A stretch of DNA of 64,000 nucleotides, taken from the IMG/VR virus record IMGVR_UViG_3300032294_001352, positions 23,877 to 87,876 of that record, one strand, 5' to 3'. The position numbers were made by a program, and so were the translations under genes. Below are positions 1-9,900 of this stretch, in pieces (position 1 is the stretch's first letter; the number at the start of each line of letters is the position of its first letter). This DNA is from a virus. Below the pieces are notes generated by a model. It was not told the origin of the DNA and made no database searches. It saw only the letters and a list, made by a program, of their open reading frames with translations.

Positions 1-58
1 ATGTTACATTTATAGGTGCTGGGGGGCAAATCTTTGACTACCGATATGGAGAAATCGT

Positions 59-451
59 ATGGGGAGAAAGTCGACTGTGGGGCCTCGTAATCAACCTGAC
101 AGTAGTGGAGAAAATCCCGTTACAGACGGGCCAGTATCCACCAGTGATACCAACACCACCACCTACGCCACCACCGACACCGTAAAGTACGTGGGGAATG
201 GTCGGTTCTTGCTTGGTGTCCCTGCCGCAGACATGACGGTGGAACAGGCAAATCAGTATGGTGGGGCAGATGTATTGGTCAAGACAAAGTTGTATGTAAT
301 GGAGGAAGCACATGGCACTACCATCATCGGCGGGAACACCAGGAATCAAGTCGCTGCAGAAGATTCAGATTGGTCTGGAAGCAGCGGGAGCGAACGGAAC
401 AGCAGTACCAGCGACGAAGATTCTTCGAGTACCTGGGGGGATGCTGAGTGA
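59..451 (+). CDS. Small hypothetical protein preceding the tail tube gene
   Basis: GGAG RBS 8 nt before the ATG at 59; core YVGNGRFLLGVPAADMT. The last 140 nt overlap the tail tube gene in another frame. Confidence 0.5.
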   Translation: MGRKSTVGPRNQPDSSGENPVTDGPVSTSDTNTTTYATTDTVKYVGNGRFLLGVPAADMTVEQANQYGGADVLVKTKLYVMEEAHGTTIIGGNTRNQVAAEDSDWSGSSGSERNSSTSDEDSSSTWGDAE

Positions 452-1484
452 CGATCGTCAAGTCACCATGGTTGATGAAATGGTCGGTATCATCAACGGT
501 ACGGATCGTTCGTACATTGCTGCTGCCCAAGGATCCATCAGTGTGGATAGCAGTCCACTGACTCCGCAACAGTTTCCTATCTTGCTTGCGGCATCACTTG
601 GATTTGACTATGCCACTACACCAACTGCGTACACGGAGGGTGAGCAGGAGGGAACTGGTACGGCCTATCGCTACAAAGTGACGATGCCTACCACGACCAC
701 GCCAAATGCAAGTATCACTGGCGCATCAAACGTATCCTACACCTTTGAGGCTGGAGATAACTTTGAGGCTGAACAGATGACGTATGGCAAATGCACCAAC
801 GTGTCGGTGAGCGGCAGTAGTGGTGGTCCAATCTCCATGCAAGGATCGTTCATTGGCCAGTACGTGCGCTATCTCGGTGCATTCACTAGCCTATCCACCA
901 TTGATACCGTGGAAGATCTCATCTTTGCACGCTCACGCTTGTATTTGGCTGAACCAACTGGTCCAACGCCAACGTTCACGGCCGTGGATAGCACGTTCCT
1001 CGGCTTTGACGTAGGCATTGATTGTTCATGGGTGCCGAAGTTCACTGGCCAAGGCAACGCATCTGGTACGGTACCGACGTGGGAGTTTGCGTTGTTCACT
1101 AACTACTCCGTGAGCGGATCGTTCACGTTGGAGCATAACCAGTGGACAAGCGGCACGGCCAATGGTTTGAAGACCAAGTGGCGCAATCAGGAAACACTCA
1201 TCATGCGTATTGACTGTTGGGGCAGCAAGACTCCGCTCTTGACCACCACTGGCAGCACGTTCAACAATCCGATTGCTCCGTTTCAGCCCACTCCGTTGCT
1301 GACCAATCCTACCTATGCAGGTGTGCGCTTTGAGTTCCCCATCAAGATTCAACAGATTTCGCCGCTCTCAGACAATGATGGGAATGACATCGTTAGCGTG
1401 TCATGGGTAGCACGGTATAATAGTACGTATGGCAGCACTGGATATATCCTGACCATCAGCGACTTGCCAGACTGCGTGAATTAG
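312..1484 (+). CDS. Major tail tube protein
   Basis: 390 aa; N-terminal KIQIGLE-AAG pattern, beta-rich, T/G/S-rich; GGAGG RBS; sits upstream of the chaperone and tape measure genes. Confidence 0.8.
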   Translation: MALPSSAGTPGIKSLQKIQIGLEAAGANGTAVPATKILRVPGGMLSDDRQVTMVDEMVGIINGTDRSYIAAAQGSISVDSSPLTPQQFPILLAASLGFDYATTPTAYTEGEQEGTGTAYRYKVTMPTTTTPNASITGASNVSYTFEAGDNFEAEQMTYGKCTNVSVSGSSGGPISMQGSFIGQYVRYLGAFTSLSTIDTVEDLIFARSRLYLAEPTGPTPTFTAVDSTFLGFDVGIDCSWVPKFTGQGNASGTVPTWEFALFTNYSVSGSFTLEHNQWTSGTANGLKTKWRNQETLIMRIDCWGSKTPLLTTTGSTFNNPIAPFQPTPLLTNPTYAGVRFEFPIKIQQISPLSDNDGNDIVSVSWVARYNSTYGSTGYILTISDLPDCVN

Positions 1485-1510
1485 TATGAGTACCTGTAAG
1501 GGGGAAACCA

Positions 1511-1777
1511 ATGTTTGTTGAAGACAATACCAACGATGCCGCACCAAAGAAAATCCAAGTAGACTTGAAGCGTCTGCGTCTGCGTGACATGACCATGCTT
1601 GAAAAGTTGCGTGACGGGAACACGGATTTTTCTGTCATGGTGCCAGTGTTTGCGCGCGTGTGCAACCTGACTGAGGATGAGGTGTGGGATTGGGATTTTG
1701 AAACGCTCATGACGGTGCAGCACCACATGAACACTGCGATGGACGACGTGCTAAAAAAAACGAACGGCGGCAGTTAG
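1511..1777 (+). CDS. Tail assembly chaperone (gpG-like)
   Basis: 88 aa between tail tube and tape measure; ends at an A8 slippery run (1753-1760). Confidence 0.8.
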   Translation: MFVEDNTNDAAPKKIQVDLKRLRLRDMTMLEKLRDGNTDFSVMVPVFARVCNLTEDEVWDWDFETLMTVQHHMNTAMDDVLKKTNGGS

Positions 1778-1995
1778 CGTTATACATCCAATACGACAAC
1801 ACCAAACTTCCCAACTGGGTAACGTTCTTGGAGTTGGCTGAGATGTGGCACGTACCACCATGGCAGTTAGAAGAAGCGGATGACCAAGGGCTTCTGATGC
1901 AATGGGCAGTACGTGCCTTTGCGTGGCGAGATGCCAAGAATAAGAGAGAGGATCGGATAGCAAATGGCCGAAGTATCAGTAAGCGTCATTGGTAA
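1753..1995 (+). CDS. -1 frameshift extension of the tail chaperone (gpGT-like)
   Basis: The -1 frame is open from the A8 run to TAA at 1993-1995: KKNERRQLALYIQYDNTKLPNWVTFLELAEMWHVPPWQLEEAD...; no obvious RBS/start of its own. Confidence 0.75.
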   Translation, partial: KKNERRQLALYIQYDNTKLPNWVTFLELAEMWHVPPWQLEEADDQGLLMQWAVRAFAWRDAKNKREDRIANGRSISKRHW

Positions 1996-4900
1996 AGACA
2001 TGCTATCAGCATCGTTTGGTACGATGCGCAACACGGTAGCAGGCCTATCCTCAGAGATTCTCTCACTGGGCAATCGCGCCGTGAGTCCAGTCACCATTGC
2101 GTTGGGCAACTTGCTCTCTGACGTGGTCAAGAATGGTGTCAACGCACTCAACAATCTCAAAGGCACCATTGAGTCGTTCAACTTCATTAAGTTGAATATG
2201 GAAATGGAAATGACACGATCCTCATTCACCACGCTGCTTAAATCTGGTGATGAGGCGAACAAGATGTTGGAAACACTGCGGCAGTATGCGAACTTCACTC
2301 CGTTTGAGTTTGGCCAGTTGACGGCTGCCACCAAAAAGATGTTGGCCTTTGGATTTAGTGCCAAAGAAATCACCACGGATTTCATGGGAATCGGTACTGG
2401 ATTGCTTGACGTGGTGGGAAATGCGTCATCCGCGCTTGGTGCTGGTCAAGAGGGTATTGATCGCATCACGCGTGCGCTTGGCCAGATGCGTGGTCTAGCG
2501 CGTGTGTCTGCTGAGGATATGAACCAACTCATTGACGTGGGTGTCCAAGGCTACCAGATTCTTGCTGAGCAATTAGGCATGACGGTGAAAGAAGTCCGTG
2601 ATGCCATGCAAAAGGGTGCGCTTGATGCTGAAACCGGTATCAAAGCGTTGCTCCAAGGTATGATGCAGCAGTATGGAGGCGGCATGGCTTCATTCTCTCA
2701 GACGGCTGAGGGTATGTCATCCACACTCAATGACTACCTGAAAGACATTCAGCGCACGTTTGGTGAGGTGGCCTACAAAGAGTATCGACTGTTGCTTACG
2801 GAAATCAATCGCTTGGTGTCATCACCAGCCTTTGTTAAGTTTGCAGCAATGCTCGGTGTGCAGTTCGGTGGTGCTATCAAACGGTTGAATGAACAGATCT
2901 TGATTCCGGCCATTGGGCGCATGACGACGTTTGTGAATAAACTCGGTGAAACAGACGAGGCCATGCAAACGTTCTTCAACAACATATCAGCCAAGATCTA
3001 TCCACTTGCTGCATTCTTCCGAGAGTTAGGTAACGCACTCAAAACCGTCATTGACATCTCAGCCCAGTTCATCCGTGCGCTGCTTGCTACCAGTGATGCA
3101 CAACAAGCCATTCAGTGGATGGGCAGGCAGTTGGCCAAAGCCACGGAGGGATTGTTTGACTTCGCCAATGGTACGCGCGTATCTGGCGATGCAATGACCA
3201 ACTTTGCAGAGCGTGTCGTTGCCGCACTTAAGCCAGGTGCAGTGGCTATCGTACGATTCACTCCGGTGCTCAAAGAGTTAATCATGATCCTGATGTCCAT
3301 TGGCAAAGAGATGTTCCAACTCAATGCCACGCAATCCATCATCCGGACCATCATTGACACCTACGTGAATCTGGCTGGTACGTTTGATAGCCTTGTGCCA
3401 CGGCTACGCTCATTCCGTGAGGCCATTCCGGCCATGACGCAGGATTTGATTGCGGCATTGGCACCAGCACGCAACACACTCAGTGGATTCATTGACGTGC
3501 TTGTCAGTTCTGGTCGGTTCATCAAAGTGTTCATCTCAGAGTTGCTTGGCCTGCGTCAGACAAAAGAAGCCATTGGCAGCATTCCGGAAGCACTCAACTC
3601 CTTTGCAGATGCACTCCGCAGCCTTGCCGCACGCATAGACACACTCACTGCACGACTACCAGGATTCTTTGACTACCTAGAAAACCTGCCCAATCTTATC
3701 CGATCCACCATCCAGAGCATGTTTCCACTCTCCAATCTGGTGGACCAGTTGAAGTCGTATCTGGCAGGCCTCGTAGATGAGGCAGTGCAGTTTGTCATCA
3801 AGTTTACGATCATTGGACGCGTCTTGAATACCGTCAATGAGGTGTTCAAGCGTGTATCTACGTCACTTGCTCCGTTTGTGCAGTTCCTGATGGATATGGT
3901 CCGTGCGTTGCTTCAAGCCATGGGCATTAGCACCAATGCTCGATCGTTCTTTGACTCACTCGCAGCCGGAGTAACAGCCGTACTCGCAGCCATTGCGCGT
4001 GCGTTACCGTCGTACAATCAGATGCTCACGGTGTTTCAAGCCATCGTCAATCTGGTGAAAGCAGCATTTCCGGTGGTGATTTCCATCATCCAAGAAGTGG
4101 TGGCCGTGATTGTGTCACTGGCGCGGCAAATCACTGGCCAACTGCCTGCCATCAAGCCGATTGTGATGGACATCATTGACATCATCAAGACGCTTGCCAT
4201 GACCATCATTGGCCTCATTCCTCAGATTACTGGCATTGTGTCGCAGATCACGACGACCATCAAAAGCATCATCTCTGGTCTTGAACCGTTTGTTGGGCCT
4301 ATTGCGGCAGTGGTGAGTAAAGTCATCTCCTACATTCAAGACTTGGTGAGCATGGTGCTCAGCAACGCTGGGGCTATTGGAAACGTGGCCGGAACGATTC
4401 TGGGCACCGTTGGCCGTGTCATTGACGAAGTGTTCACGTTGCTGCCTACCATCGGTTCTAACATTCAGTCACTACTTGGATCGCTCATGAACGTGGTTGA
4501 TGCAGTGCTGCCATTCAAGAATCTGGTAGTACCAGCCATTGAAGCGTTTATCCGTGTTATGGCCATTATGAGTGGTGGTGCGATTGTTGGTACACTGGCC
4601 GTCTTTGCGTCGCTTGGCCACCATCTTGACACCATCCGTAAAGCCTTTGACATGCTAGTGAGTGCGGCAGCCGAAGCCATATCTATCATGTCTAATTTTA
4701 GTGCTGCACTTGCACCCACCGTGGCCGGATTATTGCCATCACTTCAAAACGTGATTCAGTTTGCATTAGAGTTTGCCAAAGTGTTCGGTGATAATCTGAT
4801 TCCCGTGATTAACATTCTGGCGCAAACACTCACTCCGGTGCTTGACGCAGTCATTCGATTTGGTCGCGCGTTACTTCCTTTGACCAAAGCACTGTCAGAA

Positions 4901-6940
4901 GTGACGGTAGCAATCATCAAGTTTGCCGCACCATTCACCAATAGCGCACTCATCGCTGCACTAGACTGGTTGTCACGCGCAGCAGGATCGCTCACCAACT
5001 TCCTGCTTGTGGTTCGTGATGCAATCAACACTGGCGATTTTTCTACGCTCGGAAACATGATTGGTAACTTTGCACGTACTGCCGCAGAAGGCCTCAGTAC
5101 ACTGCTTGGGAACTTGTTGTCACCAGAGAATGTGACATATGCACTCGTGACTGGCAAAACAGTACTGATTGACTTCATTATCCGCACGCTCTCAGAGATC
5201 CTGACTGGTGCCATCAATGCAGTTAGTCAGAACCTGCCTCAGTGGGTGCAAAATGGTAGCGCATATCTTCGTGAGTTAGTGCCGCTCTTAATCCAGTCAC
5301 TCAAAGACTCATGGAACACGCTCTCAAGCACCATTCAACTCTCTGGTGACGGTTTGGCCAACGCACTAGGCAACCTGTGGAACACCATCAAATCCATCTC
5401 AGGATTGGAGGGTGACAATGTTGCATCTATGATTGGCAATCTTCCGAACCAGATTGCAACATTGTGGACTGAGAATCTTCCTGCCATTCAAGATGGTATG
5501 AATGGCATCATGAATGCAGTCATCAATGGCTACAACACTACGTGGGATTGGATTAAGTCAAACATTGGCAGCCGTGAGCAATTCACCCAGTTGTCTAACG
5601 ATCTGAGTGTGTCATTCCAAAACTTCTACCGAGAAACGGTAGACAAAGGCTATGAGATGCTTGGGAACTTCATTGGCGCAATCACCACGTTCCTAACTGG
5701 ACCACAGTTGGCTGCCGCAATGAAGAAGGTGCAGGAAAACCTTGGCTGGGGTGCGGAAGAGTTGGGCTTCCGAATTGGCGTAATCATTGGCGACTTGATT
5801 GAAACCATCATGGTGAATGGGCGCACGGCCGTGTTGAACTTTGTGCAACTCATTCTCAATGAAGGGCCATCACTCATTGCCGCACTCCTTTCCTTTGTAG
5901 AATCCATTCTTGCAACACTGAATATCACCATCTTGCGTGCCATTCAGGGATTGATTGAGGGTATTCTTGCGTCACTTGGTCTTACTGACTGGATTCCGGC
6001 CGTCAGTGCGTTCTTTGATGGCCTTGTACGCATGATTAGTGAAAACTCACGGATGGTCCAAGACATCTTGAACAACTTTGCCAACTGGTGGCGATCGCTT
6101 GAACTTGGCACAATGCTCCGCAACTTCATTGAGTTTGCCACGAACTTTGCATCACAAGTTATGCCGCGCATTCTGGCGATTATGGGGCGCATTCCGGAAC
6201 TGCTGATTAACATGACATCCGTCAGTATTAAATCAGCCATGACGGATATGATTACCACGCTCCAGAACGCAGTGACGGCCATCACTGATAACATTGGATT
6301 AGATTCCGTATCCAACTATGTACGCAACTCATTCCAAAACATCCGTGATAGCATTAACAATCTTGGTGGTCCGATTGAAGCCCAGATGGATTTTGTGCGG
6401 CAGTTTAATGAGTATGTACGTGACATTGGAATGCAAAACCAGCAACTGATGCAGCAGTATGGATTCTCCAATGCGAGCAGCACACGCGCGATGAGCAACA
6501 CGATTGAGCGTGCAGCAACCACCATCTCCAAGGCTACGGCCACCGTCAACAAGGCCGATCTTGGTGAGTTTGCACAGAATCTTTCCAACAGTCAGGGGCA
6601 GATGCGTAACGCACTGGTGCAAATCTCCAATACACTCAGTGGTGAGGCCGTGTCGCTCTTCACTCCGGTAGGTACACGCATCGCTCAGGGTGTGCTTGAC
6701 GGATTCCTGCTCTCCATGCCAGCCGTAGAATCAGCCATGCGCAACGCACTAGACGGTATCTCAAACAATCTCAGTTTGTCTACCGGTGCCGCAGGTCCGT
6801 CAAGCCGTGGGATTAGCAGCATTAGCACCGTGAACAACAAGAATGTCATGCTAAACTTGACAGTAAATCAGACTGCACCACAGTCACTGGTGGAAAACAT
6901 CCGGTACGCACAAGCACTCGCAACGTCACGGATCTATTAG
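1964..6940 (+). CDS. Tape measure protein
   Basis: 1658 aa, helical and Ala/Leu/Ile-rich; tape-measure domain motif FTTLLKSGDEA...YANFTPFEF...RALGQM; amphipathic repeats. Confidence 0.95.
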   Translation: MAEVSVSVIGKDMLSASFGTMRNTVAGLSSEILSLGNRAVSPVTIALGNLLSDVVKNGVNALNNLKGTIESFNFIKLNMEMEMTRSSFTTLLKSGDEANKMLETLRQYANFTPFEFGQLTAATKKMLAFGFSAKEITTDFMGIGTGLLDVVGNASSALGAGQEGIDRITRALGQMRGLARVSAEDMNQLIDVGVQGYQILAEQLGMTVKEVRDAMQKGALDAETGIKALLQGMMQQYGGGMASFSQTAEGMSSTLNDYLKDIQRTFGEVAYKEYRLLLTEINRLVSSPAFVKFAAMLGVQFGGAIKRLNEQILIPAIGRMTTFVNKLGETDEAMQTFFNNISAKIYPLAAFFRELGNALKTVIDISAQFIRALLATSDAQQAIQWMGRQLAKATEGLFDFANGTRVSGDAMTNFAERVVAALKPGAVAIVRFTPVLKELIMILMSIGKEMFQLNATQSIIRTIIDTYVNLAGTFDSLVPRLRSFREAIPAMTQDLIAALAPARNTLSGFIDVLVSSGRFIKVFISELLGLRQTKEAIGSIPEALNSFADALRSLAARIDTLTARLPGFFDYLENLPNLIRSTIQSMFPLSNLVDQLKSYLAGLVDEAVQFVIKFTIIGRVLNTVNEVFKRVSTSLAPFVQFLMDMVRALLQAMGISTNARSFFDSLAAGVTAVLAAIARALPSYNQMLTVFQAIVNLVKAAFPVVISIIQEVVAVIVSLARQITGQLPAIKPIVMDIIDIIKTLAMTIIGLIPQITGIVSQITTTIKSIISGLEPFVGPIAAVVSKVISYIQDLVSMVLSNAGAIGNVAGTILGTVGRVIDEVFTLLPTIGSNIQSLLGSLMNVVDAVLPFKNLVVPAIEAFIRVMAIMSGGAIVGTLAVFASLGHHLDTIRKAFDMLVSAAAEAISIMSNFSAALAPTVAGLLPSLQNVIQFALEFAKVFGDNLIPVINILAQTLTPVLDAVIRFGRALLPLTKALSEVTVAIIKFAAPFTNSALIAALDWLSRAAGSLTNFLLVVRDAINTGDFSTLGNMIGNFARTAAEGLSTLLGNLLSPENVTYALVTGKTVLIDFIIRTLSEILTGAINAVSQNLPQWVQNGSAYLRELVPLLIQSLKDSWNTLSSTIQLSGDGLANALGNLWNTIKSISGLEGDNVASMIGNLPNQIATLWTENLPAIQDGMNGIMNAVINGYNTTWDWIKSNIGSREQFTQLSNDLSVSFQNFYRETVDKGYEMLGNFIGAITTFLTGPQLAAAMKKVQENLGWGAEELGFRIGVIIGDLIETIMVNGRTAVLNFVQLILNEGPSLIAALLSFVESILATLNITILRAIQGLIEGILASLGLTDWIPAVSAFFDGLVRMISENSRMVQDILNNFANWWRSLELGTMLRNFIEFATNFASQVMPRILAIMGRIPELLINMTSVSIKSAMTDMITTLQNAVTAITDNIGLDSVSNYVRNSFQNIRDSINNLGGPIEAQMDFVRQFNEYVRDIGMQNQQLMQQYGFSNASSTRAMSNTIERAATTISKATATVNKADLGEFAQNLSNSQGQMRNALVQISNTLSGEAVSLFTPVGTRIAQGVLDGFLLSMPAVESAMRNALDGISNNLSLSTGAAGPSSRGISSISTVNNKNVMLNLTVNQTAPQSLVENIRYAQALATSRIY

Positions 6941-6953
6941 GAGGCAATCACGT

Positions 6954-9900
6954 ATGCCGCAGTATACCAAGTGGGAAATGCTCGTACCACAGTCACCCAA
7001 CGTGGTGCATAATCTTATCCGCAATCCCTCATTTGAGTACAACGACCAGTATTTTGCTGGCACGCATCAGTATTGGTGGTACTACGATAGCACTGGCACG
7101 AAAGTAAGTTCCACTGCCGCATATCCCACGCAGGTAGGCACGTGGTCCAGTTACGGAAAGAACAGTCTTGCGCTCGCACTTGATGGCACCACGTTTCGTC
7201 ACGCTGAGTATTGGCCACGCGTTGCGACCATGGAATCGCTCAACAACACGCTCGGTGTCACACTCGCAGCCATAGACGCACCGACTGGTGGGAATTACAC
7301 GGCCACGAACTATCCAACTGGTACACACTATGCATGTGCATTTCTTCTCACTCCATATGGAAACAGTCTTGCATCTACTAGTGATGTAGTGCCGCAGGAA
7401 ACCGGTACAGCGCCACAGATAGAAGTGATTCAACCTGAGGGCTACAACGTCATGGATTTGATGCGTGGCCACAGTAAGCCGTTCTTTAGCAGCGGATTAT
7501 CCTACACGGCTGGTACTGGTCGCATTCAAGCAACCATCTCATTCCCTACTGGATTGGCTACGGAGTATCCGAGCGGCAGTTATGGTGTGGTGCTCTTTTG
7601 GTCACGGCCAAATGATACGCATCCGGTGACTGGAGCGCGTGCGTGGCGTTGTGTCATGGTTCGACCAGCATGGGCAATACCAACCAACATCACGTTTGTG
7701 TTGCCAGAAGTGGGCACCATCAACAACTGGGAGCGCGGATCAACCGTGTTCTACACCAACACAAGCCCAACGTTCAACACGTTTAGCATCATGCAGGAAA
7801 ACGGAGCAAGTGTAGATGCCGCATATATCGGTATTGACAGCAGTCAGCCATCTTTAGCACTCACGCCAACTGGCACTCCGTGGAATCTTGGTACGACGTA
7901 CAACCATCATCTCTATCTGGATTGGTACGTAGACACCAACTATGATGCAGCCACGTCACCATTCATTGCGTGTGCGTGTGACTATGCAGTAACACTCATA
8001 GACAATCTCACCGGTACGGTATATACACCAGTCAATCCTGATACTGGAAACAATCGACTTGCGGCAGTGCCATCTAATCGCAGTCAAGATGCACGCACTG
8101 GCCGTACCAAGTTCTTGATTGCACCACCCAACAACTCCGTCAACGCAAATGCTGGATTGGATCTTCGGCTACGTATCAGTATCGTGTCACCAACTGGCAC
8201 GTACACCAATAATGCGGCAGTGCTCTACATTGACGGATTACAGTTGATTGACATCCGGTACAAAGGCCAAGATGAACTAGACTGGGATGATGTGGAGTTC
8301 ACCTATCTGGATGGTGATGTGGCCGGAGCGGAGTGGGAAGACTTTGCACCGTCGTATACGAGTATTACTGGCACACCGACCAATGGGATTTATCCAGCAT
8401 CCATTTGGCTTGGTACGACCAACGCAGGTTGGGGCACGTCATTCTCTATGCCATTCCGGAATCGGTTGCTCAATGCTGATACCGTTGATGTACAGACGTA
8501 TGGCGGCACGACGTATCGTGGCTATGCGCAGTCTGCAATGAAAACATTCAGCAGTGAAGTAGGCACGTACTATCCGATTGACGCAGATCATCTTGGTGCA
8601 TCCGTCAACGTCACTACGACTGGTGTTGGTATGCCTGAGATTACTACCGTCACGCAGCAGTATGGTGTGGTGGATGGTGGGCTAGTACAGCGGCAAGTAG
8701 CGAGTATGCGTACCATGCAACTGGCCATTGACATCGTGGGCAGCAGCATGGCCAACCTACACGATCGCCGACGCAAACTCATTAACGCACTGAAGTTTGA
8801 CCAGTTGGCGCAGCAGGGTGATAGAATCATCCGCTACTCAGGAAGTGGCATTCCGGTGATCTACCGTGTCACGTACACGGCCGGATTGGAGTTCACTGGG
8901 AATGTTGGCGTATCGTTCACGGAAGCGGCATCTATTCAGTTTGTGTGTGCTGATCCATACGTCTACGCAGAGCGCCCAGTTGGCACACGTCTGACACTCA
9001 ACAGTCAACTGCAAGATCTTCGCACGTTCATGGCCTACAAGCAGGGTGATAACCAGCCGTGGGTGTACACTGGCATGAAAGAGTATTCTGACTACTTTCA
9101 GGGGAATGGATCAATCTCCAACTCCACTAACTCACTGACCGCTCAGTCATCCAACGGTACACTCACTTGCTCTATCACGGCTAACACCACGCTCACGATA
9201 AGCGGCAATACGGTGACGGCTGGTGCTGCGTTCTTCTTTGGTACTACGGATGACTTTGGTCGTACGATTTATGCCAAAAGTGGAGGCAATATCTTTGTAG
9301 TTGGTGTTATCTCATCATCCACGTCTACTACGATAGCGACCACACAAGCCACGCCAGTCGGTGGTGACGCTACGTACACAGCCGGTAACTGGTGGGTGAG
9401 TAATCGCTTTGCCATCAATAGCACTGGTACACTTAATGCCAATCGTATTGGAAACTATCTCGTAATTGGTGCTGCATCAAACGTCACCTACACCGTGCTT
9501 GGGAAGATTATAGCCACTACAGCAAACAAGATTACACTTGATACATACTACTTTGGCGTATCAACATCCGCAACAATCCCCAATACAGCCGTTGCCGCAG
9601 GGTCATGGTATACCGTTGGCTATCAGGGAAGTGGTACCGTAGGAACAATCACTGGCACGAACACTGCGTTAGTCACACAACAGGCTGGTATGATTGTGTA
9701 CCGATCCAGTGGAGCATATGTGAATCCGCTCGGCAAACTGACGGCCGTGAGTACCACTACTTCTGGATCGCTAGACATTGACATTCTCTGTCCAGGCACG
9801 ATTAGTATTCCAGCGAGTACTGGCGGCAGTGCAACGGTTACTGGGAGCAGCACACGATTCACGTCTGCTGACGTAGGAAGACTCATCATCACCAAAGATG

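Noticed and set aside
59-451. ORF starting MGRKS as an eighth member of the MGRNR-tag family
   Set aside because: Only MGR matches; it lacks NR[KR]K and sits in the tail operon.
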